Source: Camelus ferus
Lineage: Eukaryota
Direction: 5' to 3'
Length of the DNA stretch: 64,000 nt
Assembly: GCF_009834535.1 (NCBI RefSeq)
Contig: NC_045697.1
Coordinates: forward strand, 65,164,001-65,228,000
Shown in pieces: positions 51,738-64,000 of the stretch (its first letter is position 1; every line of letters begins with the position of its first letter). Both the position numbers and the translations under genes were made by a program. The notes under the pieces are model-generated. The model saw only the letters and a program-made list of their open reading frames with translations. It was not told the DNA's origin and made no database searches.

Positions 51738-51935
51738 ATTGTTTTTCCCATTTTTTGAAATTGAAGTATAGTTGATTTGCAATGTTGTATTAGTTTCTGG
51801 TGTACAGCGTAGTGAATCAGTTATACATACAAATATATGTATTCTTTTTTCATATTCTTCTCCATTGCAGGTTACTACAAGCCATTGAATATAGTTCCCT
51901 GTGCTATACAGTAGGACCTTGTTGTTTATCTATTC
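51738..51935 (-). mobile_element. 5'-truncated artiodactyl/camelid-type L1 3' end with 16-bp TSD (2 mismatches)
   Basis: attgaagtatagttgatttgcaatgttgtattagtttctggtgtacagc...gaatatagttccctgtgctatacagtaggaccttgttgtttatcta; TSD tgggcctttgtgtttt (51722-51737) / tggacctttatgtttt (51936-51951). Confidence 0.9.
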
Positions 51936-51984
51936 TGGACCTTTATGTTTTAAAACAGTGATTTTCTATTTCTTATGGCCCAGT

Positions 51985-52165
51985 TATTAAAAGTCTGTGC
52001 TGGGTCTGAATCCCAACTCTAACATCTACTAATAGTATGAACTTGGACAATGCATTTAAATTCACTGAGCCATTTTCTTTATGTGAAAATGAGAATGATA
52101 AAAGCTTTTCTGTACATGGTTGTTTGAAATGTAAATGGAAAAATAAAGTGACTTATAATAGGTGC
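51985..52165 (+). mobile_element. MIR SINE
   Basis: ctgggtctgaatcccaactctaacatctact...cttggacaatgcatttaa...ctgagcc...tgtgaaaatgagaatgataa. Confidence 0.75.
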
Positions 52166-53920
52166 TAGGTTAAACGTTTAGTCCATCTCAGAATTAGATC
52201 ATGAACTATAACTAAAGGTTCATGATGGCATTAGATGACTGAAAAAATAATCAACTGAGAATTATTCAGTTGAGTCATTTGATGGCTGGTAATCAACCAT
52301 TTTAGCCATTTATATTCTTTGTAAGAACAAATTAAGTCTTAATGCTTTTTAATTATAATTAAATTAATTTTTTCATATCCTCACTTCCTAAATAGATAAT
52401 TATGGTTAAATTGGACCTTGTAACACTATTTATGTATAAAGATCATCTTTATTTAGAAGAATTTGTTCCAAATGATTGTGTTTTTGGCAAGCTACATTAC
52501 TGATAAGTCAAATTAGTCCCACCTTTAACATGCCGCCTCTCAGATGGTTGCTGAAAATCATGTTTGCAAAGAATGCTAAATGTCTGGACAGGCTGAAAAT
52601 GTTTTGTGTTACTATATTCTTATAAGTATAAAAGCAAATGTCAGGTGCATTTTGGTAGATGAAATAAGCAATTATAAATATACTATGCTTGTGATTCATT
52701 AATGAGTGAAATAGAAAAAATAAATTAAATTCAACTGTTGTATAGAGAGTTCAAATCTTACCTGCTTATCTTATTTTCTCATTTATAAGAGCTCACTGAT
52801 TTATAAAATTCAATACTGACATGATTTTTTTTCAAAGAAAATAAGACATCGTATTAAATGCATTGATCAACTTTGAAATATGTCTTGATTTCAGGTATGA
52901 TAATATAGAAACTACAAACATTTTAGAATTGTGGAAGTATATGTATTGTATCTTAGTTGGAGAAACATGAAAGGATAAAGTCTTCTTAATTTATTGTTAG
53001 AAATAAAAACAAAGTATGGATCACTTTTAGAAGGTACTTTAATTTTTAGTAACTCTATGTGTCTTCTTTTCCTGTACCTCATCCCCACTCACAAACTAAG
53101 AGAATTAGAAAAATAGGGAAGTTACACTCCCCAGCAATGGTTATATGGTCAATAATATTGCTTGGAAAAAAGGAAAGGAAAGTCACTGAATATTAGATGT
53201 TCTGTAACAATCACATCAAAGAGCATTGCAGTTACAATCCACCAGATTAATGAGTTCCAGAAAGCATTGCACATCAGAACTACTTAGATAACATATTATA
53301 ATTCAAATACATGACTACCAGCCTGGAATGAATAAAGTAGAACCTCTAGCAGTGAACTTAATCATTTGTATTAAATCTCCACCTTGAATTCTGATGCAGG
53401 GGAGATTTTGGAAACACCATGATGAACAGATTGGGAAATCTTTGAGGAAAGAATCTGCCATATATAGTCTCCAAAGAACTTCTTGGCACAGGGTTGAAAG
53501 TTGATAAACATGTATTGAAGAATAAGTGTTTGAATAGAATGTGCAAAAGTCTTGATATGACTTAAAATCATTAGAAGAGGTTATATCAGGATAAATTGGT
53601 AAATATAAATAATTCAGAAAAAATTACTGGAAATAGGTGTTTCCAAGAAGGATGGTGCTACCCAAAACCATTCCACTGAGATCTCATTGAATATTCAGTG
53701 ACAGATAATCAATTTCAAGACTTTAATAGAGTTTATTTTAATCTCATTTTATTTAATAAGAAAAAGAAGGCTCAAACAGATTATTTTCAGAAATGAAGAA
53801 AAAGTAGTGTTCATAAACATCATTTAAGTTAAATTTATACATTTATACAGGGAACTTCATTTCCGTAACTGCTGAGTGACCAGAAAGGGTGAGAAAGTGT
53901 TGCAAATTGCAGTTGCTATT

Positions 53921-54174
53921 AGAAGAAGGAAGGAAGGAAAGGAGGGAGGGAGGGAGGGAGGAAAGAAAGAAAGAAAGCAAGGAAGGAAGGAAGGAAGGAA
54001 GAAAGGGAAAGAAAGAGAAGGAAGGAAGGAAGAAAAAGAAAGAAAGAAATGGAAGGAAGGAAGGAAGTAAAAGAAAGGAAGGAAGGAAGGAAGGGAGGGA
54101 GGAAGGAAGGAAGGGAGGGAGGGAGGGAAAGAGCAAAGGAGAAAGGGAAGGAAGGAAAAAAAAAAGAAAAAAGG
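53921..54174. repeat. About 254-bp polypurine (GGAA/GGGA/GAAA)n tract
   Basis: Only four pyrimidines on the + strand; source of the spurious ORFs at 53843-54293. Confidence 0.97.
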
Positions 54175-57004
54175 TGTCCTTTCTGCAATTAATGCAGGCT
54201 CCAAACGTCTTTGATAGCACTACAATCTCAAACAGCTGGAGTCACAAAACCAGCAAGCTGTTCAATATCCTCTATATGTTTGGAAGTGCATGAGTACATG
54301 CATACATAATAATATAAATGAATCACAGGGCTTGAAGTAATTAATGGGAAAGCAGTATTCCATTGAGAAGTCCTTGGCTTGGTTTCTTATAATGAAAAAA
54401 GTGGTGGATATGCACACAAACATGCTGATATTTCAAATTCAGTTTTCACACTGTATCTAATGAACTAAAGTTTGCATTGTATGGAACTAAAACTCTAAGT
54501 AATGCAGTATTCTAACAGCCAAGACATGGAATTCTTATAGCAGAAGGTAGACTTCTTCACTAAGCTTTGCTTCTGTTCTTGTAGCCTTTATTTTCTTAAA
54601 TCTCTTCTGCTTACAGAGTTTTTTACACTAACATGTATGTAGGCCCTCTGAAGCAAATCAACTTGTTATCCTCTCTGCTTCAACCACCATTTTATATTGA
54701 CAAAATGAGCATCAAATATGTCCTTGGTAAGTTGCCTTGCAGACTATTCGTAAAGTGCCCAGCCAGGGCTGTTTTGGGTCAGTCTCAGTCCATTTTAGAT
54801 GTGTGAGCTCTTTTTTTCCTCTGTATTGAGACTACTGCTTTTTACCAAACCTGACAATAAGCAATCTCCAATTGAGCTTTCCCTAATGAAGGGTTCTGTC
54901 ATCTTTTGTTTGCCCTGCAAAAATTTTAACATTGTAAGTGACATTTGCTTGCTACGGTGAAAAAGATGTTGAACAGTGAGTTAGAGAGCTGGGCTTTTTT
55001 GGGCTTTTTTGGGAAGAGAGTGTGTAAGTTCTTGACAACCATGAACCATGGAAGATTGGGGGCACCATGAGAGGGATGCATGTCTGTGACTTGCAGACTG
55101 CTTATTCTCCCAGTCTCTTTCTCTGAGAAATCTAGCACCATGATTTTGGTACTCTTTTTGAGTCTCAGAGTCTTTCTTCAGATAGTGTTCTAGGATGCGA
55201 ACTAACCAACCAGTCATGGTTGGTATAGCAGTTAAAGCTGATTTTCCATTCTGGGTTCCATGATCTCTAAATTACCTTTCAGATCTTATGTTATATGGTT
55301 TTCTGGTTATAATTTTTAATGATTTTTATTTTTATTTTATCAGGAGAATTCCATTATTCTTGATAATATGTGTATCAAGATGGATACTACCAAATAGCAG
55401 TAATCTAAAAATAATACATTTGCTTATATAACAATTGTTTTTAGAATTTGCTTTGTTTGTATTCTTACTAACAGAAGTCAATAGGGAGTAGCATAGTTGG
55501 TAGGAGGAAATCACAAATTATATACTAAAGCAATTTTTTCTGTTACTGAATGATTAATATATGACTCTTCAGAGTTTATCCTTCTAAATTTGAAGATTAA
55601 AATAGATAATGTTCATGTATTGTTATATGTGACCAAATTAATACTGAATCTGAATTTTATCATCTCAGACCTCTATATTTATAACTTTACAACTTTTATC
55701 GTAGCTTTATATAAACTAGTACACTTATTTGATCACGTTTAATCACTGTAATCTAAAGATTGAATTCAGCTGTCTATACCTTAAGGCACTCTTCTTATTT
55801 TGAATTTAAATGCTAAATGATTCAAGTTTTTAAACATTTTTTTAAAGTGAATTTCTATTTGCTTGTATAAATCATCAGTGGTCTTTTTACTACCATAATG
55901 AAACAAACTTTTGACCTGTGTTCTTGCATAAATTCATTGAAAGTATAACTATAAATTCATATTGCTTTTTATAAGTGTTGAATTCATGAATATGAATAGG
56001 TTTTATGTGTGATTTTTAGTGAAATTTCACTCTTAATCTGTTATGATCTAAGAAGCACTCATCCCTAAGGCTATCTTTCACATTTATCTGAAATCATATA
56101 ACCTCTCTCATGCTTGAAAATTATGCCCCTAATAATTATTAATTTAATTTATGTGTGTTGGATGGCTTAACATTAATCATAATAAATTTATTTGATGTTT
56201 ATATGCATGTCACTAGCATAGTACTTCTAAACTTTCACTTCTTTAGCCTTTGTTAACTGGCCAGTTAATTACATGGAGGTACTTATCATCTAAGTTTTTC
56301 TTTGAATTTTTCAAGAATTATGTAAAAGAATCTATAATAAATTTTAAATACACAGAATGTTATATCTAGAATGCATGAAATCTAGAATAAAGACTGGAAC
56401 AACTATATCTGACCTTTTCAAATGGAATTAATTTTGCCTTGATTCTTTCTGAATTTACTTTTGATTTTATTTCTAATTTTTTGCCTTCAAATAGTGGCAT
56501 TCTTAAATATCACTTCTGAACTTTTTTTCCCTACATATGCTGTGTATTTGTATTCACTCATAATTTATATTTGTTCTAGTTTTAAATATATTTTGAAGTA
56601 AGTGTATATGCATGCACAGAATAGTTAAAATGAAATTAAAGGAGATCATAAACCATATAGTAGAAATTAGAAATTACTCAGCTGGAAACCAGAATGAGAT
56701 AGTTTCTGAAATTTAGTATTCGATTTGACCATGAGTATTCAGATTATCAAGGAAAAGAACAAAAACATTTTCAAAAAACATTTTCATTTCTCCAGCTGAA
56801 TAGGAGAGACACCTGTCATCAGAGTTTTAGATACCAGAATGGCTGTTCTCTGTGGCCAGAAATGCCTTCCTCAAATGCTTCATTTCCCCGTTTATTCATT
56901 TACCAGTTTACATATTACCTCCTTTTTTTGAAACCTTGTATTATATACTCAGTAAAGAATTACCTTTTCTCTGAGTTATATATTGATAATTATAAAAGTA
57001 TAAC

Positions 57005-57210
57005 CATCACTAATTGAACACCTATCACATGAAAGACAAATAACAGACACTGAATTATCTCTGATTCTCAGCAATAATCCTGAAAGATGCATGCTATTTT
57101 ACCCTCTTGACAGATGATGAAACTGAGACCAAGGGAAGCTAAGAAAATTACACGACGTTAAACAACGAATTAGGGCGAAATTCTTGAAGTCAGTTCCAAT
57201 AGCACTCCTC
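57005..57210 (-). mobile_element. MIR SINE just upstream of the exon
   Basis: attgaacacctat...ttgacagatgatgaaactgagaccaagggaagctaag. Confidence 0.7.
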
Positions 57211-57313
57211 ATATAGAATGTTCCTTTAAAAAAATGTTTTCCATAGTTGTATAATAACTGTGTAAGCCGTAGTCACTGTTGCTCAAAAAAAAGAGAAAAT
57301 ATATGACATTTGA

Positions 57314-57631
<318 letters not shown>

Positions 57632-60600
57632 TGATTTGTGTAAGCTGATATTTGCATGGCAAGAAACTTCATTGAATCTTGCAGAACTTGAGGAGGTTAC
57701 TCATTATTACTTGTGGTTTTCTTGTCCCATCATATCCTTCTTACAAATCTAGCAACGACAACAAAAAATTTGATTCAGGCTTCAAAGTTCAATTTTTTGT
57801 ATCCCTTTGAAGTCAAATTAAAAAATAAATACCTATACTTAATGCTCAGTTTATAAATGTTTCTAAAGGGAATGTGACTCCAGTGTACCTTGATCTTTCA
57901 AATAATGGGAAGTCATAAAGACAATACTACCTTTCTCCCCTTTCAAAAACATGCATACCTCTATATAATACTAATAAATCATTTTGGGCAGATCCTGGAA
58001 CACTGAAAAAAAATTGCCCATTTCTGTTTATTGGTTCAAAAAAATCTGATGTATCTTGCCTACACCCTTGTGTAGACTTCAGTATCTACTTGTATTTAAC
58101 TCTTTGGGGATCACTTTATATTACTTTATATATAGCCCAGCATATTATCTACAGTATGAAAGCTCACAAAAATACTTAGTATAAAATTAAGTAATTAATT
58201 TAACTTTGTAAGGTAAAACACAAGGCATTTTCCCTAAATTTACCATAATTTGAAGATAAGACAGTTTGTCTCATTATTTTCACTTATGTTACATTAAGAA
58301 AATAAGCAAAAATGTCACTTTTGTTTAAGTATTTTTTCCTGGATTAATCTACCTGTTTTCTAGTTGACTGACCTCAGAGATGTTCAAATATAGCTTCTCT
58401 ATTATTTTCAACACCAGGAGAGAAGAAACAGAGTAGAGATTAATATAATAAAATGAGAGGAAATAAACAGATTTTGATGAAGATACATATTTTGAAACAT
58501 GTTTCCTTAGAGATTTGCCTTAAGAACGAGTCTCAGAGATGTTCTAGTCAATAGAGATGGGCCTAGTTTTTACATTTTTCTTTAAAAAATCAAGAAGGCT
58601 TTACCCTCTATAGTGCAGCTTATTTTTCTTAGCAAATAAATAACTATTTTAAAATAAGAGTTTTCTTATCCTAATCTACTCAGCATTGTGAGCTATCTTG
58701 GAGAACAGTTACACAAGAGTGGGCCAGAAAGTGGCATCAACAGAACTGAGCACAAACAGGTTGGCAGAAATCTGGGAAGCAGCAAATAAGAGCTTCTGTG
58801 GACTCCCAGGGAGGGAGAGCAAGTGGCAGTTACATTAGCCCTAAATATTCAAAGGTCGCATGGGGTTTTGGCAGCAGAGTTCCATTAAACTTGATGGGTA
58901 GGCTTCAGCCAAAATTCTGTGGCACCCTCTAAAAGCATAGTTCTTTGTCTCCAGGACGGAAATCTTTATTTTGTTTCTTAATTCATATTATTTAAGGGTC
59001 ACAGAACAAAGATGAAGAGACTGAAATGAATAAAATAAGCAAAAAGGAAATGAAAAATAACTGGCTCATCAGTAAAAGTAAGGATGGGACACAAAACGGA
59101 TGTTCACTGATAGGATTATTTGGTAAACATGGTAAACTCTACCTCTGGAATCAGTGTGCTAAGTATGCCTTTGCCACTTTTTTTCCCAGATTATCGAGGG
59201 TTTTTATAACAATAAATGGTATTTTTATGACCTCTACTCAAACATAACTTGAAATAATGAATTTTTAAATCCTAACTCTTTCTTTAAGGGGAGAAAACAC
59301 TTTTTAGTTAGTCCTAACAAAATAGTCTTGTAAAATACAGAACACAACAGTAATGTTTGATGAAGATGTTTTTAAAACATTTAAATAAGAATTTTACTCT
59401 TTATTTATAAAAGTCCATGAGGAAAGAAAATCCCTTGTTATCTTACTTCCAAGTCTTACATGGATTGCAGGTTAGGGAATTCTCACAAGAGAAGACACTT
59501 TTATTACTGATGAGGTAAATGTTTTTTTTAAATGTACACTAAATTCATAGTCACACAGACTCATTTGCATACATTTGAAATTCTTCATTCTCTTTTTTGT
59601 TTGTTTGTTTTCCTTTGAATAAATAGGATGCAACAATCACAGTGTTTGACTGGATCCTCTGTTAGAAGCAGTGTTTGTTTTGGGAATAATAAAAAGCACT
59701 TTTCTTTACTCTGATGATAAACTTGATTTTAACTTACAATTTAACTTAATAATTCATGAAAAAGTACCCAGCTTGTACTATTAAAATTATTTCCAGTAAT
59801 ACATTTGTTCAATGAAAGAAAATTTTTCTTTGATACTTATAATAAATCTTACTAGTAAAGAACTGGGCTAGAGTCCAAAGTAAACATCAAGCTACCCAAA
59901 TACTTTGTACCTTGAAGAGGGCTACATGTATTTACATATCCATTCATCAGTGTCATCATTTTAAGTTCAAACATTGGAATTATATTTGACTTTTATCTTG
60001 GTTATCAGGAATTACTTTCATGAAGAAATGGATTAAGCATCATCCATGGATGGAATCAGGCAGCCTGCTGGAGCCAAATGTTATTGAAAATGTATTTTGC
60101 TTAGAAAAGTACACTTTTAAAAAAGGATTAGGCATCTATATCCAGCTAATTAGAGAAACACTTTTTTCAAAAGCTGTTAATTATGATTAAGGGGACAGTA
60201 TAAAAGTCTACTTTAAATTCCTTAACAAAGAAAATTCAAGTCTTTGATTCTAAGTAAATGGATGAAGAGCGGGGGAAAAAAATGTGAAGCTATTTGAATG
60301 GATTGATTCAAGGTATTTTTTAAAAAGTTTGAAAAGAGGAAGTGTTGAACTTTTAAAAATGTGTCATTCAGGAAGTGTTCATAGCTCACTTACTTAGTGC
60401 AAATGCAAAATATGAGATTAAAACTTTTACAGAAAGTAGTCTTTGCCTTTAAGAGGCTTACAATTATCAAAAGGGAAAAATAGTTATATGACTCCCTTAA
60501 TAGAGAAAATAGTGTGTTGTGTCATGAATGATGCAAACTGAGTGCTAGTGTTGTGTAATGAAGAAAAGTGTGTAATTTCGGCAGCAGTGATCAAAGAAGG

Positions 60601-60729
60601 CTTTATGGATAGACTTTGATCTTGAGTATTGCCTCTCAGAATCCTACTTAACTTTCACAGTGTGTGAGAGACAGCCACTCTAAAAGACAGAAAGAGTGAA
60701 CAAATCTTGCAGCAATAAAAATATTAGAA

Positions 60730-60940
60730 GTAATATCCCTGATCATTTTTATTTGCCACATACTAGAATCAGTATTTTACATTGTATCATTGAATCTTCT
60801 CAATAGCACTATGTGGTGGATAATATTGTTATCACAATTTTACAAATAGAAAAACAGAAACAACCCATGGGTAATGCGTTCACAAAACTTAGCTGAGATT
60901 TAAAGTCTGACCAGAGCTTATGCTTCTAACCATGTATAAT
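60730..60940 (-). mobile_element. MIR SINE
   Basis: attgaatcttctcaatagcactatg...aattttacaaatagaaaaac...gtctgaccagagcttatgcttctaacca. Confidence 0.65.
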
Positions 60941-60989
60941 GAATATAAAAAGGTTGCAGTCAACTATTGCCCACGAATATAATAACAAG

Positions 60990-61210
60990 AGATAATCTTA
61001 GAGAGAACATTTATTATACCCAGGCTCTGTTCATCTCATTTAATCCTCGTGCAGCTGTCTGAGGTAGATGACGATGATGATGATGATGATGATATTTACA
61101 AAGGAAAAAACTGAGGTAGTAAGAGATCAGGATTCAGAAGTAAGTCCAAGAAGCCTGAATTCAAAAACTGCTGGTCTCTTCCATAGTCCCTGCTTTCAAC
61201 CACTAGACTA
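60990..61210 (-). mobile_element. MIR SINE with an internal (ATG)n tract (61068-61093)
   Basis: atctcatttaatcctcgtgcagc...gaggtag...tttacaaaggaaaaaactgagg. Confidence 0.7.
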
Positions 61211-61606
61211 TTTTGATGCTATAGAAATAAGAATAAGATTAATTTCTGACACTCTGAAATAAAAACACAAGTTTACAAATGAAATTATAGAACCATCTTT
61301 ATTAAAGACAGACAATGACTATAAGCCTGCAGATCTTCAGAATATTAACATCATTCAAGGATGAACACTGTATGTCAGTTTGGAAGGTTTGGTTATCATT
61401 GGAAGCATGGAAACAGGACAATCACTGGGTCAAAGTAGGCTGACCTCTCGGCAGAAATAGCCACTTGCATGTACAGTAACCATCCTCCCTTTTAAATTTG
61501 CTAACAAAATGCCAGATTTGCTTGAGAGAGCTGTACTTTCAGCTGAAAAACTGTATTTCCCAGGATTGCATGTAACTGGGGGTTGTGATATGCTACTGCC
61601 AATTAC

Positions 61607-61930
61607 TGTGATGGGTCTGAGATTTTATCCTACTTGCAAGCTCACAAGTTAGTCTGCCTCAATTCTATGGATGCTGGCAGAAAACACTGCGCTCCTGGAT
61701 TAGAGAGAGAAGACGTTAGTACTCAGGGCACAGCAAGCAGCATGAGCCTTATATTAATGTCAGTTCCTCTCAGCCTCAGGTACAACAAGGCTATGTGGAA
61801 CTGCTTAGGTGGATTTGTACATGCTGTGGGCTGGTATGAGAGCAGAGGAACCCCAATTTAGCAAACCTGAATTTTTTACAATAGGCTTCTAGTAAACCTG
61901 TTCACCATGTGTCCTGAAAGGGGACACACA
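61607..61930 (-). mobile_element. ERVL LTR of the MER54/MER74 group, partial
   Basis: gagattttatcctacttgcaagctcacaagttagtctgcc...atggatgctggcagaaaacac...cacagcaagcagcatgagc...gaggaacccc. Confidence 0.75.
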
Positions 61931-62070
61931 TCAGTATGGCCTCCAGCTTGACCTCCTTGCCAGCTAGTGGTGCTATGAGTTCTCGATTTATATAGACTAT
62001 TTGAGTCCAGCTCTTGTTTAGAAGGGACAGCCTGAGGGCAGTGAGTGCAGTCTGTCCTTCTTGTGTGTTC

Positions 62071-62276
62071 CAGAGATCAACACTCTACTTGTAAGACCTG
62101 AAACTTCTTTTTGTAAATAAAGTTTCATTGCAACACAGAATACACATTTGTTTACATCTTCACTGCCTGCTTTTGAACTACAGTAGCAGAGTTGAGCATT
62201 TTCAATAGAAGCAATATAACCCATATGCCTAAAATATTACAAGCTGGCCCTTTAAGAAATTGCTTACCAATTTCTG
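62071..62276. mobile_element. MER58A-like hAT-Charlie MITE
   Basis: tttttgtaaataaagtttcattgcaacacag...gcagagttgag...gcctaaaatatt...ctggccctttaagaaa. Confidence 0.85.
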
Positions 62277-63089
62277 TTCTAGGGCACCAGTCTGGGAACC
62301 TTCTTATCTCTCTATGTAATCAATGAGAATATGGTGGAGAAGGTATTTGGAGACACTAACAGGTGTTTTGCAGGACAAGTATATCCCCCACTGTTTTCAG
62401 TAGACATTTTGGTAAGATTAGGGGAATGGTAATCAAGTTATGAGGCTAGCCTTCTGGGAAGGAATAGCATGCCTGGCAGTCAAATTTAAGGCACTTATAC
62501 CTGTTTGAAAGGTGTGCACCAGGGTGTAATCTTTAAAGAAAAAAAAATTCTCCTGAAAGACAAAGACCATTAATGTCCATCTCCTCTCCCTACTTCTTAG
62601 GAGGTGTAAAGATGTTCCCTCCCCAAGTGTTGGGGTTGCTTCTCTCCCTCCAGCTCCAGAAATTTGGTGTGTCCCGTTTCAGTAGCTGTGGTTTCATTTT
62701 TTTCTCTATTAACTCCTATTTGCACTCAAACCTTTCATCAGAAATGGTCAGGTGCAAGAAATGTAAGTACACTTTATAAAAATTATGGAAGCCAATTATG
62801 TTCCCCACTTCAGCCTGCATTGGTCACTATAGGGAGACTTGACAAAGTGTACTCACAATGTGCCCATTATCCTTATGATACAGAGTCATGTTCATCTAAT
62901 AAAAGACTAGGAGTCTGAAAGAGGATTAAGTCCGAATCTCCTAAGCGCCATTTAGGCCAAGCTGCCACCCAGGCTGGTCTGGAGAAACAGAAAGAAGCAT
63001 CATGCCCAGGAAGGACATCAGCCCATTGAGCCCCGAGCACAGTAACTACAAAACAAAAACAAAAACCTACACTTACATTTTTTTTTTTA

Positions 63090-64000
63090 AAGCAAGGCTT
63101 AATTAGAAAGAAATTAAACTTCCAACTTCAGAATGTAACAAAATAAGGCTATATGAAAGCCTAAGTACAAGAAAGAAGACAATTTTTAAAAAATAATGAA
63201 AATTAATGAAATGGAAAACAAACAATAAAGAAAACTAGCAAAATCTAAAATTACTAATACTTTGTAAAGATTAATAAAATTGATAAATTCTTAACAAAAC
63301 CAAAACCATTATAATAAAACACACACAGAGAAAGTAAAATTTATTAATATCAGGAATAAAAGAGAAAATGTCACTAACTATCTGCAGAAGAAAATGTTGT
63401 ACTGAAAGTCCTACCCACTGAAATAAAGCAAGAAATAAAAGTTAATATTGAATACAGTTTGTAGAGGAAGTAAAAATGTAAGACTGTTTTGAAAATATTG
63501 ATTTAAAAGCTGATTGAATATTGAAAGCTGATTCTAAAATTCATATGGAATATCTAAAGAACTTGTATTGGAGAAAAATTAGATTCAATGTTTTATCTGA
63601 TTTCAAAGCTCATTTCTTGGAGGCCTAGGATTTACAAATAGATCATAGAGTTCAAAAATTTACCCGCACATACACAGTCACTTTGCTATTGACCAATGTG
63701 CCCAGTCAGTGGTGGTGTGCTCTTAACCATTAGTACTAAGAAAACTCTGGATCTGTATGAAAAGAACACATAAAACTTTTAACATATTTATCACACCATA
63801 CAAAAATTAACTCAAGATTGATCACAGACCTAAACTAAAAGCTAGAATTATAAATCTTTTAGAAGGAAAGATAAGAGAAAATCTTCATGACTCTGGGGTA
63901 AACAGAGATTTCTTAAAACACATCAAGAACTAATCAAAAAAGCTAGCAGCAATTTGGACTTCATCAAAATGAAAACTTTCTGCTCATAATAGACACCGTT
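63090..64000 (+). mobile_element. Old L1 ORF2 remnant, heavily deleted, running off the window end
   Basis: aaagattaataaaattgataaa, gtactgaaagtccta, ctgattctaaaattcatatggaa, aaaaattaactcaaga...gacctaaa, ggacttcatcaaaatgaaaactttctgctc occur in L1 order. Confidence 0.82.

Noticed and set aside
53843..54293. Five overlapping ORFs up to 134 aa
   Set aside because: Translations of the GGAA/TTCC low-complexity tract.
61068..61093. Poly-Met ORF start
   Set aside because: (ATG)n microsatellite within a MIR.

Overview
Mammalian, AT-rich, repeat-dense genomic DNA, not a prokaryotic or accessory region. The only supportable coding sequence is one 285-nt internal exon on the + strand (57336-57620). It encodes part of the N-terminal domain of GRID2 (glutamate receptor delta-2) and matches exon 3 as I recall it. 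Everything else is therefore the 3' end of intron 2 and the start of intron 3. A tRNA-Ala-derived SINE resembling the camelid vic-1 family and several artiodactyl-type L1 3' ends suggest a camelid genome (inference). The introns hold L1, L2, MIR, LTR (MER31-, MER21-, MLT1-, MER54/74-like) and DNA-transposon (MER53, MER2B, MER20, MER58) relics plus microsatellites. Family names and most repeat boundaries were assigned by eye from recalled consensus sequences and are approximate. I found no evidence for a new multi-gene system. The best leads are two enhancer-like motif clusters, an L1 whose 5' UTR is fused to its 3' end, a (TG)22-linked cryptic acceptor/micro-exon, candidate recursive splice sites, an RBFOX motif cluster around the exon, a perfect 20-bp hairpin and a recent 32-bp duplication.
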